From positions 1-55,360 of the IMG/VR virus record IMGVR_UViG_3300020044_002247: DNA of 55,360 bases; one strand, written 5' to 3'. Source of the DNA: a virus. Taxonomy: Duplodnaviria > Caudoviricetes. The notes below the pieces were generated by a model. The model saw only the letters and a program-made list of their open reading frames with translations. It did no database searches and was not told the DNA's origin. Positions 11,401-18,295 of this stretch are shown here, piece by piece (position 1 is the first letter of the stretch; each line of letters opens with the position of its first letter). The translations under genes were made by a program, and so were the position numbers.

Positions 11401-14207
11401 TCCTGCGCTTTTAATGTTTCGGCTTCTGCTTTCTTAAACTCGTCACTATTTTCGCCAAACTCGTTTTTAACTTTGGCAACTTTTGCCATTTCTTTTTTAT
11501 AGTTAACTTTAAACGCATCAAGCGCTTCTTTAACTGCTTTTGTTTGCTGCGTGTAGAAGCGTTTAACAGCGGGCAGCGTCATGCCCAAATCTTCAGCTAC
11601 GGCATCTTCACTAACTTCAGCGGTTGTTGCGGCAACAGCTTGTTCAGAACGAACACGGTTTGATTTACCTAAAGCAAGAACTTCAGCTTGCTTCTCTGCT
11701 TCTGTTTTAGGCGTACTGGTTTTATATACTGATTGTTGTAATGCTTTTAATCTGTCCATGTGCGGTTTAACAACCGCAAGCTGGTTTGCTAAATGTTCTT
11801 TAGCTTTTGCTAGTTTAACTTTTGCCCTAGCAATTTTTGCTGGGTCAGCTTTAGCATCTTTTAATTCTGCTAGTTCTTGCTCTTTCAAGATGCGCTCAAC
11901 GGATAGGTCATGCAACCTTTCCATCATCGAGCGCTTGTACACACCTTTCTTAGTGGTGTGGCCTTCTTCCATTTTCTTTCTTTGTGCAGCAAGTTCATCT
12001 GCTATTTGCTCAGACAAATACACTTCTTGTTTGTTACCGTTGTGGTCAGTGTACGTGTATGTACCTTGCACTTTCTCGTAACGTTTGATACCGCGAATAG
12101 CATCTTTAAATGTTTCTTCTGTTTTAGTGTTTTCGCTTGGCTGAGTTAAGTATCCTGACTTACGATCTCTACGACGTTCTGCATCCTCGTTCTCACGATG
12201 CAGTTTGCTTAACAGTGCTTGGTCGCCATTGAGAGTGGCAGTTCTAAGTACGTTAAAGTCGCTAAACAAATCTTGCGTAGTATCTACACGCTTCTCTTCT
12301 GTATCAGGCTGCACGGGTCCTGCCTTAATATCAGGCGTAACTTTACCCATCTTGCGTCCTGTTACAGCGTTGACCATTTGTACTGGCTTGGTCTTACGTG
12401 GAATTACAGGTGTCTCAGAAGCAGGGAACAAGTTCATTGTCTCGTTCACTTCTACTTTAGGACGACGCATTCTGCGTTGACGCTCGATCTCTTCTTTGGC
12501 TCTGTCGCCAAACAAGTCAGGCTGCATGGTGCCACGCACACGCTTTTCTTTTTCGGGCGGGAGGGGTCCCGCGCCAGCTTCGATTGGTTTAACAACTTCT
12601 TTATTGGCTTGCTGTACAGGCTCAAACAACGATGGTGTTTCGTTCTTAGGCGTTGCCTGTATGCGGAATAACTGCTTGCCTCTATCTAAAGCATCAACAG
12701 CTTCTTGACGTTTCTTTTTAAGCTCTTCTAGCTTGGCGGTAATTTTTGCTTCCGCAACAGTGTCGCCATTAGTGACTGCTGTTGCAAGACGGTTAGTAGT
12801 TGTTTTTAAATTTTTATCGAGTGCAGCAATTTGGTTTTGCTGCATTGCAATAAACTGATCTTTGTTTCCGCCACCGCCCTGCGCTTCAATACCTGTACGT
12901 AATTCTTCAAGCGCATTTTTCTTTTGCTCAAATTCAGCTCGCAATGCTTTGAGTTTTTCTAAATCTCCGGCGTTAATTGCGTTCTGCCTTGCATCTTGTA
13001 GTGCATCAACGTCTTTTTCAAGCACCTTATACTCGTCCATCATATCGATGACGTTGCGTGGGGCAGCAGGTGTGCTTGGCGGTGCCACATCTGTTCGAAC
13101 AGTTGGTTCTGGGATTGGTTCCGCAGTTGCTGCCGCTAGCTGTTCTTGTACTGCTTGAATTGCTTGAGCCGCATCTTGCGGTGCAGCAGGTGCAGTAGGT
13201 TCAACAGGGGCAGGAGGTGTTATCGCGGGAGGGGTCCCGCCTTGTGGTTGTACAGGACTGCCAGTAAAAGGCGCAGTAACACCAGCACCAAGCGCACCCA
13301 TTAAAGCTTCTTGTGTAGCGGCACCCGCCACACCTTCCATAGTAGGCGTAGCAAACCCTTGCTTCTGTAACGCCAAGTTCGCAGCCAGTTGTTCTTGTCC
13401 GCCTTGTACACCTTCAGTAAACGCTTCAGAACCAATAGCGCCAAGTTTACGAACCGCTTTACCTGCTGTAGGCGCAAGCAATTCTTCCAAACCTGTACGA
13501 CCTGCTACGTAACCCAAGCCACCACCAGCTGCAATACTGCCTAAGTTCTCGCCCATGTAGGACTGTGCTTGAGCCGCAGTCTGTGCAGCTTCTTCGTCAG
13601 ACATCCCTGACTTTTTCAATGCGTTGTAGACGTTATCGTAAATGGTGCCTTTAACCGCGCCCGCACCTTCCAGTACACCAATAGCCGTATTCGCCGCAGC
13701 ACGTGCGGCAATACCTGCACGGGCAACACCCACACCGGGAATCAATAACGTGGCTAAGTTAGGAACAATAGAACCGACTGCTTGTGCAGCGGATTGGATA
13801 GGTGCGGCTTTAACACCTTGTAGTGCGACTTTGGCTTCAGCTAAAGCACCTTCTTCTTTAGCCTTCTCCATTTGATCTTGGTAATACGCAAGTTCTCTTT
13901 GACGTGCAGGCGAATACATGCCTGACAGTTCTTCTTGCGTTTTACCTAACGATTGAGACACCGCGTTGTCTGCGCCAAAGACATCGGCAATAGTTTTACC
14001 TACACCGACAACACCTTGACCCGCAGCAACGGCGGTATCTTTTAACGAGAACGGCGCAGTAGGTACGCCCTCTGGCGTGGGTGCCTGCACAGGTGCAGGC
14101 GGTGCCATCATTCTTGCTATTTCGTCAGCAAGAATCCGCGCATCCTCTGTTCTACCTGCCTTATCTGCATTGATGAGAGCCGCTTCAAGCTGACGTATTG
14201 TTGGCAT
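5373..14207 (-). CDS. Giant internal virion (ejection) polyvalent protein: coiled coils, HExxH metallopeptidase, PcfJ-like domain, LRR-like segment, C-terminal LPD38-like domain
   Basis: 2944 aa; LLHEGTH...SEFAAE; GTTWCTG...FYIY...AVRM...EVRG; RIPVPFELG; last gene of the virion operon. Confidence 0.75.
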   Translation of the reverse strand: MPTIRQLEAALINADKAGRTEDARILADEIARMMAPPAPVQAPTPEGVPTAPFSLKDTAVAAGQGVVGVGKTIADVFGADNAVSQSLGKTQEELSGMYSPARQRELAYYQDQMEKAKEEGALAEAKVALQGVKAAPIQSAAQAVGSIVPNLATLLIPGVGVARAGIAARAAANTAIGVLEGAGAVKGTIYDNVYNALKKSGMSDEEAAQTAAQAQSYMGENLGSIAAGGGLGYVAGRTGLEELLAPTAGKAVRKLGAIGSEAFTEGVQGGQEQLAANLALQKQGFATPTMEGVAGAATQEALMGALGAGVTAPFTGSPVQPQGGTPPAITPPAPVEPTAPAAPQDAAQAIQAVQEQLAAATAEPIPEPTVRTDVAPPSTPAAPRNVIDMMDEYKVLEKDVDALQDARQNAINAGDLEKLKALRAEFEQKKNALEELRTGIEAQGGGGNKDQFIAMQQNQIAALDKNLKTTTNRLATAVTNGDTVAEAKITAKLEELKKKRQEAVDALDRGKQLFRIQATPKNETPSLFEPVQQANKEVVKPIEAGAGPLPPEKEKRVRGTMQPDLFGDRAKEEIERQRRMRRPKVEVNETMNLFPASETPVIPRKTKPVQMVNAVTGRKMGKVTPDIKAGPVQPDTEEKRVDTTQDLFSDFNVLRTATLNGDQALLSKLHRENEDAERRRDRKSGYLTQPSENTKTEETFKDAIRGIKRYEKVQGTYTYTDHNGNKQEVYLSEQIADELAAQRKKMEEGHTTKKGVYKRSMMERLHDLSVERILKEQELAELKDAKADPAKIARAKVKLAKAKEHLANQLAVVKPHMDRLKALQQSVYKTSTPKTEAEKQAEVLALGKSNRVRSEQAVAATTAEVSEDAVAEDLGMTLPAVKRFYTQQTKAVKEALDAFKVNYKKEMAKVAKVKNEFGENSDEFKKAEAETLKAQDEAYAVFRTLEKETAEKIKARAIEKGRESPDFEEAVQEAQAEYAATAAQQSKYGKQTVKSLRTKQVTREINVLKKFPTGSTESRAQSAKNQAAFEEEMLDEETGNTREYERKQELVEMGKRAAKKPSTAMAAAMTKAAADVAEARAREEEGKYARGVEVESPDLTKDQVAKLEEGKLTDVLNDIHNDPNTSDLNRAVAKALADMLDNTRVEIKDVLFDNEGKEVLGEAISTRIMLSRKGGLSQEVLLHEGTHAAVERVIQLGEEDITKLLPGQQAAFKELRALHNAIKRDPRITSTNAKGSLSEFAAEVLSNRNLQEQLRNKPWRVSDALRGFVSSILRMLGVKNVDTMLGASIKAVDALMIPSSVQRSGAPKEVPANRRYSAKDIAALHTGSNSMRQFAEQFGPLIKQADRKPEDVDRIAMDVLFNMQFTPEKYLKQVVITKPFDLKRDFFLRDFKLAADINTEEQRLKGFEEKSTLDYKRDATMPDGRIFDRDDPVHYITGDVTNMVAAEALKDPELRRKEAKQVNEERLKDFEALVTYLQSNPDYTLAEQALVAKAAAQYSVISSKDGRLKLVNLDDNNRHSVAVVGHASANAVIEELRAGKSLKQAFLDGLQKNADVAAKENKRKQGWQKFNQSDEYEAAVALNAGAAGTTWCTGASMGHATNQIKEGDFYIYYDSGRPEVAVRMFGDSKIGEVRGNTKDQGLTSEQIKIATAFLNEKNFSNSSQFTNAFANKQILKEVISNDRDFTPEELFQFRAKKTYGSDRDLAESILDFGPIYGHYRVRPSEETKDLVAEKLNKSFKNAAKQGYLLGSMGIDTGDKKVLTYAFSDELDADGNPTNLHEIPYEDVRAITEIDVDKLSAPKFVNLEYVNALDVRASTIVNLPKIKKIGTLKLRDNTEINLADGAVVNNLGAAGGGDARATINGKVKLENIVLNGITGALYLTAPEAVTANVEEMDSYTVDYLMTTDAIRNFKKIYKDSKGIEDVTGKAFVLADNDETGTANLPPQVRMAYAEYTHALAEAVGINPKTLREQVVATMPTSLNENNERSFYFSSLFDRPLVILLRDQKTYEDKLAVATKIEKAFEKLNGYQPLTHEFRFLREGTIDAPNAVRDAEFTEAVTIEPEVPRYARSDDSVGVFEKAKGAFGFRAQTQPSVVAQSFVAQKPAFKDTLIGNVTGLTGRVQFVDKDAALSAAFKEGLSDAKISDLEAQNAEYFLRFGQNRSQYATQFLSNGPVQVVETKTPNGVERIYKSTPGANMLQIADAIAPSKIGNDTEKEAMLTALVAGERAKVLGWDTLNVANPKAAEAEYNSIVATLKNRPDDKAMFDKAMDIYRQYNAGLLDFLVQTGAMKPEQAARLKSIPYVPYYRVDKDVVELVVSGETPIRIGNLRDQPELHALVGDARQIQPIFTSAIQNTFMITQMGLRNQSIKESAFTLMKVGIATRLNEGMGPDGPDTVRFFKKGEQYHVVIDKDLYGIPADLIVKGMEGIKTSIPAFMKMLGIPANILRQFVTRNPAYAVKQAIRDPLTAWMTTGTDGIPVLNAFKELSSMVAGRSEVERQLMASGAISSNVLTGDEQDMAAALRKITSGKAGWAKIMAQLDAFAMQGDAATRAVVYKDSLNKGMTEQQALLRTLESMNFGRRGLSPSIQMLSTIIPFFNAQIQGLDVLYRAIKGDMPYSEKLDIQRKLLARGMLMAVCTMAYAAAMGDDDRYKRAKPEERLGNWFVPNPFSDELMRIPVPFELGYLFKSLPEAVMNASAEDKRNEDITKGMGKLLALSNPLSLPQAVKPLTEVYLGKSFYGGDIESQREQKTLLPTERYRDGTTEVSKLVGSVTGDAGLTPIKLDHLIRGYTGPLGVALVSMVNPILRTGAEKERPTTKTSQLPFVGGLFQPDEGRGTLDAAYATMLDIQQAKGTFKEMMASGNTEGAEKLMDRIRGDIALGSIAGGAQQRLGEFATIRRNVMRSQMSQEQKDEVLKRIDTAQNTFANAFLDATERTRRQLNQP

Positions 14208-14209
14208 AT

Positions 14210-16780
14210 TTACCCGCTTATCTGAGTCCGATTTCTAGAAAACGCATCTTGACCTGCTGCAGAAAGTCCCGCACTTTGTGACTGACCAATACCGTTTGCT
14301 TGCAACCACTGCTGGAATGTCAGGTCTTTATATGCTGGATTATATAACTTGGCATCTTCGTACACCTTAGTTAAAGCAGCAATATTTGTTCTGTCTGGCT
14401 GTCTCATAGTGTAGAACTGTTCAGCAGCATCAGCAAACGACATACCTTGCTCTTTAGCTATACGCTCAATCATGCGCTCTTCGCCTTGTGGCTTACCAAT
14501 GTTGCCAGCAATCGTTTCGTAGTAGCGACCTTGAATATCTTGGAACGCTTTAGCAGCTTCAATTTTTTCACGCTCTTGTTTCTGTTCAATCGTAGCTTTA
14601 CCTGCTGTACCAACGTTGCTTAAGAAACCAGAAATGCCTTGTTGACCTTCTGACTTAGCAGACAGTAAGTTCAAGCCCATATTTAGCCAATCTTTATCTG
14701 TAAGATTGAGTCCTGTTTTCTTAATCTCTTTACCTTCAGGCGACTTCTTAGTCTCATCAATAACTTCTTTTTTCTCTGTCTTGCTTAAATCTGCTGGTGG
14801 AGGTAGAAGCTGTGCGTTAGTACCCACAAAGTCTTTTTCCCACGCTTCATACGGACGTTTCTCAGCAGGTCTATTTTGTCCTTGCTGCGCAGCGCCCAAC
14901 ACACCTTGTGTAGGAACGATTGTTTTCTCTGCCGCATTAAGCAACTTATCTTTAACTGACGGCGGTTTATTTTCTAACTCTGCACGATATTTGGCTTCTG
15001 CCGCCGCAGCATCTTTAGCGCGAACTTCCGCCGACGCTGCTGTACCTTTAGCTTGTTCAGCGCGAACTTGAGCAGCCCGTTCTTGCATTGCAATTGTTTC
15101 AGGGGCAATCGCATGCTCGCCCGGTTTAAGTGCTTTTGGTGCTGGAGCTTCCATACCCGGCAATGACATTTGTTGTGGTACACGCTGTTCCATACCCGGC
15201 AACGACATTTGTTGCGGTACTGGTTCTGCTGCCAACGGCATTTGTTGTGTGTCTGCACGAGGCGCAGTTTTAGCGCGAGCAGCCGCTGCTTCTGCGGAAG
15301 CCTGCTTTGATCTTTCAGCTAGCATTGCTAGCCCTGCATCTGCAGGTGCAGCAGTCCCCGGTTTCTTAGGCAGATTGTATTCAACACCGCCTTGTTTAAT
15401 TACGTTACGTCCTTTAGATGCGCCCAACGGTAATAAGTTTAAAGCGTTAGTAACGTCAGATTTGTTTGCGCCTGTTATGTCGGCAATATTGCCGCCTACG
15501 TTTTCAATACCTTCACTTACTTTACCTAAAGCCGCATTTACAGGACCTTGTCTATAAGCAGCGTCATCTTGTACGCCCAATATACGTGCAGCAGGATCAG
15601 CAAAAGTTGCAGCAGCGCCACGCACTTGTTTGTCCGCTTCATCTGACGATAAAAATGGACGAGATATCGCACGGGTTATTTCACCTGCTGTGCCCGTAAT
15701 TGCATTAGGTACTACGTCAAGTAAAGAAGCTATCGTAGAAGCAACAGGGCGTTTAGTTCCTGATTGTGCTTGTGAAGCACCTTGCGATACCGAAGCTATA
15801 CCGCCCATTGGGTCAACATAATCATCTACAGGCGCAGCTTGCGGTCTTGGTGCAGCAGGTGCAGCAGGTTGTTGCGCAAGATTAGATGGGAGTGTTTGAA
15901 TACCTGCTTTATTAACAGTAGGCGCTTCTTGCGCTTGTGCTGCAGGTATAACCGCTTCAATAGCTTTACGTGCAAGGCTAGGCTCTTTGCCTTTGGACAG
16001 CGCTTCGATACGTTCAATGTATTTTTTTGGTTCCGCTTTATCTAACGCTTCTGGAACTAACTTGCCTTTGTTTTGGCGTAAATGGTTGTTAAGGTAGCCT
16101 TCACCTTGATTGTATGCAACTGCAACTTTACGTTCATCGCCTTGATACTTCTTAGTTAAATCAGCAAGATGCGCTAACGCAGCGTCCATATTTTTATATG
16201 GGTCGTAACGTTCGGAAGGTTTTAATCCGTACGCTTGTGCAGTAGCTTTTGTTAACTGACCAATACCAACAGGACCCGTTTTGGATTTAGCGTATGGGTC
16301 ATAGCCTTCAGGATGGTTCTTAGTAGAGGACTCAACACGAAACAGGCTGTCCACAAAACGTGGGTTCAATCCAAGTGCTTGTGCTTTCTTAATTGCATAC
16401 TCACGGTATGCGGCTGTGTCTACAATACCACGACGTTCAGTAGGACCTGCAGCGTAGCCTGCAATACCACCATCAGCCATGCCTTGAATGTTAGGCGCAT
16501 TTAATGGTGCGATACCTGTTTGTTCGGGTAACTGTTGTTGCGGTGCTGCTTGTTGTGGCGCTGCTTGTGGGTTAATGCTTGCAATAGCTTGGTCAGCAAC
16601 AGTAGGTTGCTTCACGCCTGCGTACTTCATGCCTTCAGCAACTTTTAATTTGTTGCGCATATCCGAAATCTTCATTGCCAACGGCAAGACATACGGATCA
16701 TTCTTGTGCATAGCCGCAAACTTCTGCAACTCTGCAGGCTCCATCAACATCATACGATCTTCAAGGGTCTGTGTATTCAT
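14210..16780 (-). CDS. Internal virion protein with lytic transglycosylase (SLT) domain
   Basis: RVESS...GIGQL...AYNQG SLT motifs; Ala/Gln/Pro-rich remainder. Confidence 0.85.
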   Translation of the reverse strand: MNTQTLEDRMMLMEPAELQKFAAMHKNDPYVLPLAMKISDMRNKLKVAEGMKYAGVKQPTVADQAIASINPQAAPQQAAPQQQLPEQTGIAPLNAPNIQGMADGGIAGYAAGPTERRGIVDTAAYREYAIKKAQALGLNPRFVDSLFRVESSTKNHPEGYDPYAKSKTGPVGIGQLTKATAQAYGLKPSERYDPYKNMDAALAHLADLTKKYQGDERKVAVAYNQGEGYLNNHLRQNKGKLVPEALDKAEPKKYIERIEALSKGKEPSLARKAIEAVIPAAQAQEAPTVNKAGIQTLPSNLAQQPAAPAAPRPQAAPVDDYVDPMGGIASVSQGASQAQSGTKRPVASTIASLLDVVPNAITGTAGEITRAISRPFLSSDEADKQVRGAAATFADPAARILGVQDDAAYRQGPVNAALGKVSEGIENVGGNIADITGANKSDVTNALNLLPLGASKGRNVIKQGGVEYNLPKKPGTAAPADAGLAMLAERSKQASAEAAAARAKTAPRADTQQMPLAAEPVPQQMSLPGMEQRVPQQMSLPGMEAPAPKALKPGEHAIAPETIAMQERAAQVRAEQAKGTAASAEVRAKDAAAAEAKYRAELENKPPSVKDKLLNAAEKTIVPTQGVLGAAQQGQNRPAEKRPYEAWEKDFVGTNAQLLPPPADLSKTEKKEVIDETKKSPEGKEIKKTGLNLTDKDWLNMGLNLLSAKSEGQQGISGFLSNVGTAGKATIEQKQEREKIEAAKAFQDIQGRYYETIAGNIGKPQGEERMIERIAKEQGMSFADAAEQFYTMRQPDRTNIAALTKVYEDAKLYNPAYKDLTFQQWLQANGIGQSQSAGLSAAGQDAFSRNRTQISG
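15149..15220. repeat. 39-bp-period tandem duplication encoding VPQQMSLPGME twice
   Basis: ttccatacccggcaaYgacatttgttgYggtac at 15149 and 15188. Confidence 0.9.
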
Positions 16781-17820
16781 TATGCACCTATGCGCATGAG
16801 AGCTAAATCAGCGAGGCCAGCAGGTTGCTGCGATACCTCACCACCATCTGCAAACAGTCCTAAACCTTTACCCACAGAAGCCGCACCTGCTGCTTGCGTC
16901 AACATATTTGCTGGTGCTTGATACATTGTCTGTGTGTATTGTGAAAGCGGTAAACCACGCAGCATGTCTGACATATACGCTAACTGTGTGTATGGGTGTT
17001 GACGTTGGTTTTGGAAATCTCGGTACTGCTGATCGAGTTGTTGCTGTTCCATCTGCTGCTGTGCAGTACCTGCAGCTTGCTGTGCGCCAGCTGCATCTTT
17101 AGCTTGAGCAAACTGCTGTTGTCCAAGATTACCAAGCGTATTGGCTAATTGTCCTGCTTGACCAAAACCTTGCAGTCCAAGATTTGATCCAAACTGCATT
17201 GACTGCTGTGCATTCTTAAACGCATCGCTCATGCCTGTGCCATAGATGTTGGCAAGGTTCTGACCTAAATTACGCTGACGTTCAGCTTCTTGTAAACCAA
17301 AACGTGAACCACCAAACGCTCCAGCACCGACAGCCTGCGCTGCGTTCTTCTGCCCCATAATTTCTGATTGGCGTTGTGCTTCATACATCTGTGGTGCTAA
17401 CGCATTTTGTACATACGGATTCATGTACGCGCTCATAGCGTTAGGATTGGTAGCTTGTTGGGTGTACTGATTACCTGCGTTCAAAGACCCAAGCCCTGCC
17501 ATACCCGCCATCATTGAGCCTACTTGCCCTTGCTGTGTGGGACCTAATTCCCCTACAGTTTTAAATGCTTGGTTCTGTAAAGGCGTAAAGCCAGCTAGTC
17601 GCTGGCCGCCATATGTTTGGTATGGAGATTCAGTAAGCGCTTCTGCTTTACCAAGCATCTTCTCCACATACGGCTTGGCGTATTCTGGTATAGAAGTTTG
17701 GGTAACGTTCTGGCTAGATGGTGCAGGGGCAGGAGAACCGCCACCGTCGCAGTTATAAAGTCGAACACCGTCGGGTGAATACCCGTTAAATTTAGTTCTT
17801 ATTAGCATCTCGTGCCTCAC
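16780..17820 (-). CDS. Internal virion / DNA ejection protein, Gln/Gly/Ala-rich
   Basis: 346 aa; YMNPY...GAFGGSR motif typical of podovirus ejection proteins; position in the ejection cluster. Confidence 0.7.
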   Translation of the reverse strand: MRHEMLIRTKFNGYSPDGVRLYNCDGGGSPAPAPSSQNVTQTSIPEYAKPYVEKMLGKAEALTESPYQTYGGQRLAGFTPLQNQAFKTVGELGPTQQGQVGSMMAGMAGLGSLNAGNQYTQQATNPNAMSAYMNPYVQNALAPQMYEAQRQSEIMGQKNAAQAVGAGAFGGSRFGLQEAERQRNLGQNLANIYGTGMSDAFKNAQQSMQFGSNLGLQGFGQAGQLANTLGNLGQQQFAQAKDAAGAQQAAGTAQQQMEQQQLDQQYRDFQNQRQHPYTQLAYMSDMLRGLPLSQYTQTMYQAPANMLTQAAGAASVGKGLGLFADGGEVSQQPAGLADLALMRIGA

Positions 17821-18295
17821 ATTCTTTAGCCAGATTTACCATGTACTCGTCAAATGTTTCTTCATGTGCCCAACGACGAATAGCAGGACCGATTTCTTGT
17901 GCCCAACGCATACCACCTACAATAAACGCTGAAGCAGATAAAAGATCGATATATGCACCACGCAATATAAATGCTATGGATTTGTCTTTATCGTCGCCTT
18001 CACGTTCTAATTTATTTGCAACGTGCCAGTTAACAATTGCGTTTACTAACGTGCTGCTTAACAGCGCAAGGTTTCGTACATAAAAAGGATCAGTCGGCAG
18101 CACAACTAATAAATCCCAGAACACAGAATTTATTTCGTCATCTGTAAGCGTTTTGTCCTTGTCAATTAAGTCATCCCAAACATGCAACGCTCTAAACACA
18201 CGTACAACAAATTGCACTGCCTCGGTGTTGCCGAGTAAGAACTCGTTGAATAACGGTACGTGTTTGTCTAAGCGGTTAAATTCGGGTGTGTTCAT
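17792..18295 (-). CDS. All-alpha DDxxD protein, isoprenoid synthase/prenyltransferase-like
   Basis: HVWDDLIDKD Asp-rich motif after a hydrophobic helix; overlaps both neighbouring genes. Confidence 0.5.
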   Translation of the reverse strand: MNTPEFNRLDKHVPLFNEFLLGNTEAVQFVVRVFRALHVWDDLIDKDKTLTDDEINSVFWDLLVVLPTDPFYVRNLALLSSTLVNAIVNWHVANKLEREGDDKDKSIAFILRGAYIDLLSASAFIVGGMRWAQEIGPAIRRWAHEETFDEYMVNLAKECEARDANKN

